This document shows positions 15,711 through 24,179 of a stretch of DNA of 37,596 bases, one piece after another. This stretch comes from an uncultured Gammaproteobacteria bacterium (GTDB lineage Bacteria; Patescibacteriota; Microgenomatia; UBA12405), in assembly GCA_964516555.1 (NCBI GenBank), contig CAZFAI010000003.1:1-37596 (forward strand), in the 5' to 3' direction. The notes under the pieces were generated by a model. That model did no database searches and had not been told where the DNA came from. It worked only from the letters and a program-made list of their open reading frames with translations. The translations under genes were made by a program, and so were the position numbers. Positions within the stretch are counted from its first letter, which is position 1. Each line of letters starts with the position of its first letter.

Positions 15711-15903
15711 CAACCTGTGGCTTTACTTCTTTCTTCAATCTTTTGATACATTTAGTACAAAAATATCCGGAAACCTTGTCTCCGGACAAATCCAGGGTTA
15801 CTTTTTGGATATTTGCCTTATAAGCTTTTGGCGTTCTGTTTTGGGCATGGGATCGGTTCCGAAGAATAACGGTTCCTTTTCCGCATAAACTACATCTTCT
15901 CAT
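15700..15903 (-). CDS. rpmB: 50S ribosomal protein L28
   Basis: MRRCSLCGKGTVILRNRSHAQNRTPKAYKANIQ is L28-like. The 126-aa ORF-track version is an upstream read-through. Confidence 0.85.
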   Translation of the reverse strand: MRRCSLCGKGTVILRNRSHAQNRTPKAYKANIQKVTLDLSGDKVSGYFCTKCIKRLKKEVKPQVVKE

Positions 15904-15910
15904 GGGGTAT

Positions 15911-15916
15911 ACTATA
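15911..15916 (-). promoter_or_regulatory. -10 box (TATAGT) 7 nt upstream of the rpmB ATG
   Basis: Minus strand reads TATAGT-atacccc-ATG. Confidence 0.45.
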
Positions 15917-15940
15917 ACATTAGTCTCTGACTTTTTAAAT

Positions 15941-16549
15941 ATGGAAAACACAATAATTACAACAATAATCTCACTAATCTCCCTGACGGTGGCAATTACC
16001 ATCCATGAATTTGCCCATGCATTCACTGCCGACAAGCTCGGCGATCCCACCCCCCGGTCCCAAGGGCGCCTATCTCTCAACCCACTAAGACACCTGGACC
16101 CAATCGGTACTTTAATGATAATCTTTGTCCGGTTTGGCTGGGGTAAGCCCGTCCCGATTGATCCCTACAATCTCAAAAATCCCCGTCGCGACGAACTCTT
16201 AATTGCCCTCTCCGGCCCAACCAGTAACCTGATTTTAGCCGCCATTTTTTCCTTAATTTTTCGCCTGATAATGCCAATTGGCATCCTTCAGTACTTTTTT
16301 AGCATCCTAATTTTTATCAACATTGCCCTAGCACTTTTTAATCTCTTGCCCATACCTCCGCTTGACGGATCTAAAATTCTTTTTAACCTCCTCCCGGTAG
16401 ATTCTTCTCTCGAATGGGAAGAAAGCCTCACCAGATATGGTCCCATACTTCTGATTATTGTCCTCTTTTTTCCTATTGCCGGATCAAACTTTGTCGGCTT
16501 AATTCTCTCTCCGGCCATCAGAGTAATTCTAAATTTTCTTCTACCCTGA
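15941..16549 (+). CDS. site-2 protease family (M50) membrane metalloprotease
   Basis: HEFAHAF (HExxH) and NLLPIPPLDG motifs. The start could instead be 15902, which overlaps the rpmB ATG head-to-head within CATG. Confidence 0.8.
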   Translation: MENTIITTIISLISLTVAITIHEFAHAFTADKLGDPTPRSQGRLSLNPLRHLDPIGTLMIIFVRFGWGKPVPIDPYNLKNPRRDELLIALSGPTSNLILAAIFSLIFRLIMPIGILQYFFSILIFINIALALFNLLPIPPLDGSKILFNLLPVDSSLEWEESLTRYGPILLIIVLFFPIAGSNFVGLILSPAIRVILNFLLP

Positions 16550-16569
16550 TTTTAGTGTAGTATTTTGTC

Positions 16570-16770
16570 ATGACAAACCATGAAACACTTCCCTCTCACC
16601 ACTGTCCACTGGTACAATCGATACTGGATACAAGCAGCGACATCACTCTTTTAAACCGGGCCGATCTACTAGGAGAAGCTATAAATTGTAGCCAAAACGG
16701 ACACGTAATTCCTGACTGTATTTATCGTCTAGATCAATGCCCCAAAAATCAAAACCCTATTCGCTCTTAA
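16570..16770 (+). CDS. hypothetical 66-aa protein with 4 Cys
   Basis: ORF with a TAGTAT box 6 nt upstream. Its 3' end overlaps the convergent gene by 14 nt. Confidence 0.3.
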   Translation: MTNHETLPSHHCPLVQSILDTSSDITLLNRADLLGEAINCSQNGHVIPDCIYRLDQCPKNQNPIRS

Positions 16771-16999
16771 TTTTTTCTTTTTCGGAGTCTTCCAGTATTC
16801 CATTCAAAGTCTCAACCATCTTCCCTATCTCCTCTTTGGTCATATCGTGTACCTCAGCACCCTGTTCTAATGTTTCCATGGCCGCCGCAAAACACCCCAC
16901 ACAATGAAAACCGTAATCATCCACCAACACCTCAACAATTTCCGGATAATTTTCCACAATATCAGCAATCAACATATCTTTATTTATTTTTTTTCTCAT
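16757..16999 (-). CDS. DUF1858 / hybrid-cluster-protein-associated redox disulfide domain protein
   Basis: IADIVENYPEIVEVLVDDYGFHCVGCFAAAMETLEQGA is characteristic of this family. TAAAAT lies 8 nt upstream of the ATG. Confidence 0.75.
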   Translation of the reverse strand: MRKKINKDMLIADIVENYPEIVEVLVDDYGFHCVGCFAAAMETLEQGAEVHDMTKEEIGKMVETLNGILEDSEKEKIKSE

Positions 17000-17231
17000 A
17001 GATCCTAATTTTATCCCTTTTGTCCCATAAACAAAAGATATGCCGCCTTATTCTTACATTCTTCTTGCAATTTAGCTTCAATTCCGATGCTATAATTCTC
17101 TTAACCTACCTTAAGGAGGTCTTTAAGAAGGTGTTTTTTCTAGCTACCCTTCTTGTATGGGGAGCGCGTTCTTTGTAGCTTTTAGTTACGAAGATAGTTT
17201 CCCACCACGTTATCTTAGCGTGGAAAAGCCA

Positions 17232-18401
17232 CTATTGAAGCACCCTTTCGGTAGGTTTTTTTATCACTCTTTTTATTTCGTTCAAAACCTTTTTCATGCT
17301 TTCTTTATTTCTGGCAGCTTCTTCCTGAATAGTCTCCCGGTATCTTTCGTTATATTCCTCTGGATTCTCCAGATATTCCAACAAAAACCTTGCTGCACTT
17401 CTACCTTTCTCGCGAATCCATCCCAGTTTTTTTCTTCTAATTAAATCTATATTTCCATCTTCCTGCCCGCCTATATGAGTAATTGCCACAAAGGGCTTCT
17501 CCGCTGCTACCACATCAAACAAAAAATTCGGCCCTGCTTTCCCAAATACTATATCCACTGCCGACAACACCTCAGCCATATTATCAATCCAACCCATATT
17601 CCTAATTTCCACAAACTCATTTCTCTTCAACCTCCTCAAAAGCCGAATGTATTCATCGACCATATTAAAGGATAGCTTGTCTGTTCCGGTATTAATCACC
17701 AACCCCACATTTTTTTTGACTGCCAACAATGCCGGTAAAATCTTGGTCAAAGAATTTGTCCCCAAACTTCCACCCCCTATAAATATCACCGGCCGATCAT
17801 CACCAAAACCCAATCTTTTTCGCATCTTGTTTCTGTCATATTTTTCATACATCTGACTTCTGGTCCACCATCCCGTTTTCAATACTTTACTGCTATCAAT
17901 ACCCAATTTTTCTGCCATCTTTTCGCCAATTTCATCGTACACCAAATTCAAATCTGCTTGCTTGACATACGAAATCGGCAACATAGTCCAAGGATCGGCC
18001 ACCACCGTCCACAACTTGAAGTCTAAATTCATCCTATTCCTTAATTTTGCCAAACAATGACTATGCAAATAATAAGCTGAAATTACCAAATCCGGTTTGT
18101 GGGACTTAAGTGTTTTTTCAATTTCTCTGGTATTCATTACTGATGCCTCCTCCGTTATTCTTCTAAGGCTCTTTTTTGAAGCTGCCCAATGAAATATCTT
18201 GTTTGATTTTGGATTATATCTATAAGCAAAATTATAGAAAGCTCCCAAACCGGCCGTATCCGCTTTCACCTCAGCGTAACTAACCTTAAACCCTTCCCTC
18301 TTTTCATGCTCCTTTAGATATCCGAATATCGCCTTGGCAATCGACCTGTGACCCCAAGGCATATGATCGGTCAAAACTAATATCCGGTAACGTTTTTTCA
18401 T
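17232..18401 (-). CDS. GT28-type glycosyltransferase (MGDG synthase / diacylglycerol glycosyltransferase-like)
   Basis: N-terminus RILVLTDHMPWGHRSIAKAI and C-terminal GGSLG...GKAGPN are typical of the MGDG_synth plus Glyco_tran_28_C layout. Confidence 0.75.
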   Translation of the reverse strand: MKKRYRILVLTDHMPWGHRSIAKAIFGYLKEHEKREGFKVSYAEVKADTAGLGAFYNFAYRYNPKSNKIFHWAASKKSLRRITEEASVMNTREIEKTLKSHKPDLVISAYYLHSHCLAKLRNRMNLDFKLWTVVADPWTMLPISYVKQADLNLVYDEIGEKMAEKLGIDSSKVLKTGWWTRSQMYEKYDRNKMRKRLGFGDDRPVIFIGGGSLGTNSLTKILPALLAVKKNVGLVINTGTDKLSFNMVDEYIRLLRRLKRNEFVEIRNMGWIDNMAEVLSAVDIVFGKAGPNFLFDVVAAEKPFVAITHIGGQEDGNIDLIRRKKLGWIREKGRSAARFLLEYLENPEEYNERYRETIQEEAARNKESMKKVLNEIKRVIKKPTERVLQ

Positions 18402-18457
18402 GTCTTATTTTAACCTTAAATTTTGCATTTTATTGATATAATACTTTCATCCTAAAA

Positions 18458-18530
18458 TGCCACCTTAGCTCAGCTGGTAGAGCAAACGCTTTGTAAGCGT
18501 AAGGTCCTGGGTTCGAGTCCCAGAGGTGGC
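18458..18530 (+). tRNA. tRNA-Thr (anticodon UGU)
   Basis: Hand-folded cloverleaf: acceptor GCCACCT/AGGTGGC, D arm GCTC-AGCTGGTA-GAGC, anticodon loop TTTGTAA, T arm CTGGG-TTCGAGT-CCCAG. CCA is not encoded. Confidence 0.9.
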
Positions 18531-18632
18531 TCAACAATCCATAGTCAATACACATCACTCCAAGATCTTTCCTCAATAACTTAGGTAAATACATCAATCT
18601 ATACATTGCTGTATAATATAGTTTATAGATTT

Positions 18633-20891
18633 ATGTCAAATAAAGCAGACTCGACCTGGATTGTTTATCTCAGCACATTCCCACCCCGAGAATGCGGTAT
18701 CGGAACTTTTACCCAGGACTTAACTACGACTATTGATCAAACCTTCTCACCCAGAATAAAATCGCGAATTATCGCCCTCAATACCTCTAAATCAGACTTC
18801 CATTCATACCCAAGCAAAGTATTTCATCAAATAGATCAAACTGACCCAAATAGTTACAAAACAGCTGGCAATATTGTCAACAAAACTTCAAAAATAAAAT
18901 GTGTCAACATCCAACATGAATACGGCATCCATGGTGGTGAGTGGGGCGAAAATATTCTTCACTTTCTCAAAACTGTCACCAAACCCAAGGTTATCACCAT
19001 GCACACTGTCCTACCCGACCCGGATCCCAAAGCTAAACAAGTCACCATAGAAATGCTGTCCCTTGTCGATGCTGTAATTGTCTTAACCAATCAGGCCAAA
19101 GAAATTTTGGTTAACATCCACGGTATCGACGCTCACAAAATCCTCGTTATTCCCCACGGCATTCATCCTGTCAACTTCTCGCTACCTAATAAGCACAAAT
19201 CCAAGCTAAAACTCCGCGGTAAAACAGTACTCTCTACTTTTGGTCTGCTATCCCGGGGAAAAGGAATCGAATATGTCATTAAATCTCTGCCACCGGTTGT
19301 CGAAAAATACCACAACCTTCTCTACCTGGTCATTGGTGAAACTCACCCCGTTGTACGTCGCGAAGAGGGCGAAAACTATCGACGGGAACTTATGAATTTA
19401 GTCAAAGAGCTAAATATCACCGACAATGTCCGTTTTTACGACCGTTACTTGTCCCTCAACGAAATTATTCAATTTTTGCAAGCAACTGATATATACGTAT
19501 CCACCTCCCTCAACCCCAACCAAACTGTTAGCGGTACCTTATCTTATGCTCTGGGTACGGGTCGGGCTGTTGTTTCCACCGCCTTCTCTCAAGCCAAAGA
19601 AAGCATTACTCCCGACATAGGCCTTCTGGTTGATTTTAATAGCCCGGAAAGTTACACCGAAGCATTCCTAAACTTACTTCAAGACAAAGAAAAAAGACAA
19701 GAAATGCATTTTCAGGCATTTTCAAAAACTAGAAATATGCTCTGGAGCAATGTCGCTCTTTCATACATGAACCTTTTTAGCTTTCTGGTACCCGAAATTT
19801 CGGCAGAAGAGAAAAACCTGCCCGAAATTAATCTAAGCCACGTCCGCCACATGACCGATTCCTTTGGCATGTTCCAATTTGCCAAGTTAACCCACCCCGA
19901 TCCTAACTCTGGCTACACCATAGATGACAATGCCAGGGCTCTGATAGCTGCCGCAAAAGTTTACCAAAACACCAGAAATTACCCATCCCTTCATCTGGTA
20001 GAAACATACCTCCGTTTTATCAGCCATTGCCAAAAAGAAGACGGTAGTTTTATCAACTACGTCACCTACGACCAGGAGCACAATAACAAATTAAACAACT
20101 CTGAATCCATGGATGATGCCAATGCCCGAACCATTTGGGCATTATCAACCATAGTTACCCTCAGCCGGCTCCCGCGAGCACTTCGTAAACAAGCTACCCA
20201 AATGCTTCAAAAATGGCTTGAAAATAACAATCAAGTCAGCTCTTTGCGATCCCATGCCTTTCTAATAAAAGGTCTGTCACAACTCAAGCCAACACATAAT
20301 ATTCCTCACTTCCGTTCGTATCTCGAAAAATCTGCCCGCTTTATTTCCAAATATTGGAACAAATATTCTTCAGCTGACTGGCCATGGTTTGAAGATACCC
20401 TAACCTACGCCAACGGTGTTCTTCCTGAAGCTATGTTTTTGGCGTACAAATCACTCAAAGATCCAAAGTACTTAGACATCGCCGCCAACAGCCTCAACTT
20501 CCTTATCTCCAATAATTTCCAAGGACCGATTTACGTTCCCATTGGCCAAAACGGTTGGTACAAAAAAGGCAACGATCGTCAATACTTTGACCAACAACCC
20601 GAAGATGTTGCCGCTATGGTCCATTGCCTAAAAACTGCCTATTTAATTACTAAAAAAAGAAAATATAAAAATTTAATGTTCAAAACCTTTTATTGGTTTT
20701 TAGGCAATAACCTTTTAGGCAAATTAGTTTATGACAAAAAAACCGGTGGCTGTCACGACGCCCTCACACCTCTTGGTGTTAATCTTCACCAGGGTGCCGA
20801 ATCTACCATCTCCTATCTCTTATCTCGTACCGAAGTCAGTACTAATGGCGATCAAAAAGTAAAACGGGCCACTTCTCGGGCTACCGCCTGA
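18633..20891 (+). CDS. GT4 glycosyltransferase fused to a ~360-aa C-terminal helical-repeat domain
   Basis: The N-terminal half is GT4-like (ECGIGTF, GETHPV, TVSGTLSYALGTGRAVVST). The C-terminal half has repeated helix pairs (DDNARALIAAA, DANARTIWAL, YANGVLPEAM) suggesting an alpha/alpha toroid. Confidence 0.75.
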   Translation: MSNKADSTWIVYLSTFPPRECGIGTFTQDLTTTIDQTFSPRIKSRIIALNTSKSDFHSYPSKVFHQIDQTDPNSYKTAGNIVNKTSKIKCVNIQHEYGIHGGEWGENILHFLKTVTKPKVITMHTVLPDPDPKAKQVTIEMLSLVDAVIVLTNQAKEILVNIHGIDAHKILVIPHGIHPVNFSLPNKHKSKLKLRGKTVLSTFGLLSRGKGIEYVIKSLPPVVEKYHNLLYLVIGETHPVVRREEGENYRRELMNLVKELNITDNVRFYDRYLSLNEIIQFLQATDIYVSTSLNPNQTVSGTLSYALGTGRAVVSTAFSQAKESITPDIGLLVDFNSPESYTEAFLNLLQDKEKRQEMHFQAFSKTRNMLWSNVALSYMNLFSFLVPEISAEEKNLPEINLSHVRHMTDSFGMFQFAKLTHPDPNSGYTIDDNARALIAAAKVYQNTRNYPSLHLVETYLRFISHCQKEDGSFINYVTYDQEHNNKLNNSESMDDANARTIWALSTIVTLSRLPRALRKQATQMLQKWLENNNQVSSLRSHAFLIKGLSQLKPTHNIPHFRSYLEKSARFISKYWNKYSSADWPWFEDTLTYANGVLPEAMFLAYKSLKDPKYLDIAANSLNFLISNNFQGPIYVPIGQNGWYKKGNDRQYFDQQPEDVAAMVHCLKTAYLITKKRKYKNLMFKTFYWFLGNNLLGKLVYDKKTGGCHDALTPLGVNLHQGAESTISYLLSRTEVSTNGDQKVKRATSRATA

Positions 20892-21952
20892 GGCAAACCC
20901 TCAACCCCTTCCTGTAAAAAACCTCGTACAATTAGCGACACTGCCTGTGATTCACAAATACCCCTTGTCATCAAATACTCCACCGACTCTCTTGACACCC
21001 TACCCACCGCCGCTTCGTGGGTCATCTCCAAATCAGGTAAATTAGCTTCAAGTTCCGGTATCGCCCTAATCTTCCCTCCTGCTCCCGTTATCAAACCCCC
21101 ACAATCCAAATGGGTTTTTACTCCAAAAGCATTTCCAACCATCAATCCCCAGTTTACCACCTCACCCCCACTGGAAACAATCCTGGATCTAACCTCAGAC
21201 CTCGACCCTTCGCCGTCAGCAATCACCGTATTACCCACATCAAACACACTTCTTGGATAGGCCATTACATAAGAATTAAACACCGCTCTACTGTTTTTGC
21301 CACTTAACTTACACACCGGATTACTCTGGAAAGACTTGACCGGCTTTAAGCAAACATAATTTGACTCAAATACACCATCCTCCTCCACCCTGATAGCTGT
21401 TCTTGGCCTGACATCAACCTCCTCTCCCCAATGATGAATCATATTAAAACTTACGCTGGCTCCTTTTCCCACAAATATCTCTGTTATTCCAAAATGCTTT
21501 GCCCGCTTAATTTTTTCTCCCACCAAACATCCTGTTATTATGGTTACTTCACTTCCTTCTTCTGCCACGATAATATTGTGTACTTTTTGAACCAAACTAG
21601 ATTGGCTAATATACAAACATGTTTGCACTGGTAATTTACTTTTAGTTCCCTTTTTAACCCGAATAAAATATCCCTGTTGCAAATCATTATCCACATCCTT
21701 AGTAAATTCATCCTTATTCCGATCAATTAATTTCCACCAATAATCAGACAATTCGCCATAAGCTTTCAAAGCTCTCTTGATGTTCATTACCTCTATCCCT
21801 TCCTGTTTTGAATAATCACACAAAGAATTTTTATTTTCAATTAAAACTGTCGATTTTTCTTTTGAATCCACGTCCACACCCACCAAACTAATTGCTTTTT
21901 TATCTTTAGTACTTAATTGTCCCGCCATTTTCTTTCTCCCCGGCACAAACAC
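20852..21952 (-). CDS. Fe-S cluster assembly scaffold SufB/SufD family protein
   Basis: SufBD-type C-terminal beta-helix region (EANLPDLEMTHEAAVGRVSRESVEYLMTRG). Lies immediately after sufC. The start may be MAGQLS at 21928. Confidence 0.85.
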   Translation of the reverse strand: MFVPGRKKMAGQLSTKDKKAISLVGVDVDSKEKSTVLIENKNSLCDYSKQEGIEVMNIKRALKAYGELSDYWWKLIDRNKDEFTKDVDNDLQQGYFIRVKKGTKSKLPVQTCLYISQSSLVQKVHNIIVAEEGSEVTIITGCLVGEKIKRAKHFGITEIFVGKGASVSFNMIHHWGEEVDVRPRTAIRVEEDGVFESNYVCLKPVKSFQSNPVCKLSGKNSRAVFNSYVMAYPRSVFDVGNTVIADGEGSRSEVRSRIVSSGGEVVNWGLMVGNAFGVKTHLDCGGLITGAGGKIRAIPELEANLPDLEMTHEAAVGRVSRESVEYLMTRGICESQAVSLIVRGFLQEGVEGLPQAVAREVARFTF

Positions 21953-22641
21953 TTAACACAAGCCCCATACCCCACCTTATTAATGGTTTCAAAAATCATA
22001 TCCACCCTTCCTTCACACTGTATCTTTCCCTCAATCATCACTAACCCCCTGTCTGCCTTCAAATACTTCAGCATTTCTCCATTGTGAGTTACTACAATTG
22101 CCGATTTGCCTTTTTTTAATAATTTTTCAATTTCTCCGGCAATCAGTTTAATATTAACCAAATCCACACCCGAATCCGGTTCATCCAACAAATACAAGTC
22201 AGATTCCATTAAAGCCAGTTGAAATAATTCCGATCTTTTAGTCTCCCCTCCGGATAAATTGCTATTTACACCCCTGTCTAAAAATTTACTTACGTTCAGG
22301 TTCTCAGAATTTTTTCCCATAATCTCCTCGCTACTTAATATTTTTGCCAATTCCGACAGCTTCAAACCATCAACTTTCGGTGGTTTTTGATACATTAGAG
22401 CAATACCCATTCGGGATCTTTCATCTATTGTCAATTTATTAATTTTTTTACCCTTGAATTTTATCTCTCCTGAAACGACACTATCTGCATTCAATCCCAC
22501 AATGCTTTTCAACAAGGTTGTCTTGCCACATCCGTTTGGTCCAAATATAACCACTAATTCCCCCTCCCCCACGGCCAGATCTATTCCATTCAATACATCC
22601 TTACCTTCGGCTTTAGTTTTTAAATTTTTTATTGTTAGCAT
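21913..22641 (-). CDS. sufC: Fe-S cluster assembly ATPase SufC
   Basis: Walker A GPNGCGKTT, signature LSGGETKR and Walker B LYLLDEPDSGVD. TATAAT lies 8 nt upstream of the ATG. Confidence 0.9.
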   Translation of the reverse strand: MLTIKNLKTKAEGKDVLNGIDLAVGEGELVVIFGPNGCGKTTLLKSIVGLNADSVVSGEIKFKGKKINKLTIDERSRMGIALMYQKPPKVDGLKLSELAKILSSEEIMGKNSENLNVSKFLDRGVNSNLSGGETKRSELFQLALMESDLYLLDEPDSGVDLVNIKLIAGEIEKLLKKGKSAIVVTHNGEMLKYLKADRGLVMIEGKIQCEGRVDMIFETINKVGYGACVKCLCRGERKWRDN

Positions 22642-22649
22642 GCTTTCTG

Positions 22650-22655
22650 ATTATA
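22650..22655 (-). promoter_or_regulatory. -10 box (TATAAT) 8 nt upstream of the sufC ATG
   Basis: Minus strand reads TATAAT-cagaaagc-ATG. Confidence 0.45.
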
Positions 22656-22736
22656 CTACTACACTTATAATAGTTACATCCCCCAAAATCCCAAATATCC
22701 AAATTATTTGGTAGAATATCACGTATCAATTGCCAC

Positions 22737-22809
22737 GCCCAGATAGCTCAGTTGGTAGAGCATCCCCTTGGTAAGGGGAAGGTCATGGATTCAAGTTCCA
22801 TTCTGGGCT
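22737..22809 (+). tRNA. tRNA-Thr (anticodon GGU)
   Basis: Acceptor GCCCAGA/TCTGGGC, anticodon stem TCCCC/GGGGA with loop TTGGTAA, T arm ATGGA-TTCAAGT-TCCAT. CCA is not encoded. Confidence 0.9.
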
Positions 22810-23465
22810 CAAAAAACATTTCTCGAGACAATATTTCCAATATAGTTACGAACCACTAAATCTATTCCAGGAAATGTCCGCCTTAATCCAACCCAGCATT
22901 CCACGTCACGGACAACCTTCTTTGGGTTCTTAGCCCACCAGCCATCAGTTAACTTTAAGGCTAAAAAGTTTGTAGGTGTCAACGTTTTCATTTTTACACC
23001 ATAGACATCAACCTCCACGCCCTCAGTAAAACCTTCCGGAAAAATCACCCTACGATTACCTTTCTTATCACGATACTCCATCCTTTCTCCCAACCGCCAC
23101 CAAAAATTAATAACTTGATCCGGATTATTAGCTACTTCTTTTGGTAAATTTATTGGTGACATTTCCACCCGATAATCTCCTCCAGCTCCCCTATTCCAAA
23201 TTTCATCACAAATCCTTTTCACTTCAAATAAATCAGCATTTTCTGTCAACCCTATCAAATAATCCACATCAACCACCTCAAATCTTCCCTCAGAATCAGT
23301 CCCTCGGTACAAACGTGGCTCAATACCTGTTAGGCCATACAAACCCAAAGACCCCACCAATCTTGTTTCTATACCAATATCCTCGGTTCTTGCATTCAAG
23401 TAATCAAGCGAAACGGCAATTTTTTCTCTCGCCTCGCACGAATCAAACGATTCCCTGCTTCCCAT
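22809..23465 (-). CDS. hypothetical protein; possible nucleotidyltransferase fold, weakly supported
   Basis: 218-aa ORF. VGSLGLYG ... VVDVDYLI loosely resembles the GS...DxD NTase motif, but the spacing is longer than usual. Confidence 0.5.
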   Translation of the reverse strand: MGSRESFDSCEAREKIAVSLDYLNARTEDIGIETRLVGSLGLYGLTGIEPRLYRGTDSEGRFEVVDVDYLIGLTENADLFEVKRICDEIWNRGAGGDYRVEMSPINLPKEVANNPDQVINFWWRLGERMEYRDKKGNRRVIFPEGFTEGVEVDVYGVKMKTLTPTNFLALKLTDGWWAKNPKKVVRDVECWVGLRRTFPGIDLVVRNYIGNIVSRNVF

Positions 23466-23525
23466 AAAAGGTATTGTAGCACAAGCCTTTTTTACAACAT
23501 TTAATGTTAAAATACGATACTAAAA

Positions 23526-23609
23526 GGAGGGTTGGCCGAGCGGTTTATGGCGCTGGTTTTGAAAACCAGTGGGCGAAAGTCCTCGGGGGTTCGAATCCCT
23601 CACCCTCCG
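23526..23609 (+). tRNA. tRNA-Ser (anticodon UGA), long variable arm
   Basis: Acceptor GGAGGGT/ACCCTCC, anticodon stem CTGGT/ACCAG with loop TTTGAAA, a long variable arm, and T arm GGGGG-TTCGAAT-CCCTC. Confidence 0.9.
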
Positions 23610-23740
23610 CCCCAAACAAAAATCTGGTAGCTTTAATATAATAGTCACACCACCTAGATCAACCACTTAGTATTTGCTAAAATTTTATTAAATTATTAGT
23701 TAGCATTAACACCAAAAATTTTAGTAAATAACAATAAATT

Positions 23741-24121
23741 ATGTTGTCCAAGCTTTCATTACCAGTTAAAACATTATTATCACTTCTGTTTCTTTCACTA
23801 ATTTTATTAACTATTTTAAGTTTTAACCCAACAGATAACACCAAAATGACCAAAGAATACACCCTCAAAATCAACCAAACAGTAAGTCTTTCAAATTCTG
23901 ATAATCAAGTGTTGAATATCACATTGGATTCAATTGATTTTCCGGAAACTCAAGTTCCCGGCAACAGACCAACTTACCATATCAGTCTCGTAAACAACAA
24001 CCAATCGGAAAATTTACTTTTTGATCCATTTAATTCTGATCAAATTGTTGACTATTTTGGATTTAATTTTCAAATTACAACCGACAGGGAAGATCCTAAC
24101 ATACTAAGAATAATTTTCTAG
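23741..24121 (+). CDS. hypothetical exported or membrane-anchored protein (126 aa)
   Basis: N-terminal hydrophobic segment LLSLLFLSLILLTILSF. No known motif. Confidence 0.55.
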   Translation: MLSKLSLPVKTLLSLLFLSLILLTILSFNPTDNTKMTKEYTLKINQTVSLSNSDNQVLNITLDSIDFPETQVPGNRPTYHISLVNNNQSENLLFDPFNSDQIVDYFGFNFQITTDREDPNILRIIF

Positions 24122-24164
24122 TACTTAAAGAAAACCAAACAATACGCGAGATACTTTGCTTTAG

Positions 24165-24170
24165 TATAAT
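24165..24170 (+). promoter_or_regulatory. -10 box (TATAAT) 9 nt upstream of the ATG at 24180
   Basis: Reads TATAAT-agtcacacc-ATG. Confidence 0.45.
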
Positions 24171-24179
24171 AGTCACACC

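Noticed and set aside
15904-16080. 126-aa version of the L28 ORF
   Set aside because: The upstream 59 codons are antisense to the M50 protease gene and unrelated to L28. MRRCSLCGKG at 15903 is a canonical L28 N-terminus with a -10 box upstream.
17157-17444. 95-aa plus-strand ORF
   Set aside because: It is mostly antisense to the 3' end of the GT28 gene, has low-complexity F/S/L content typical of shadow ORFs in this skewed genome, and has no start signals.
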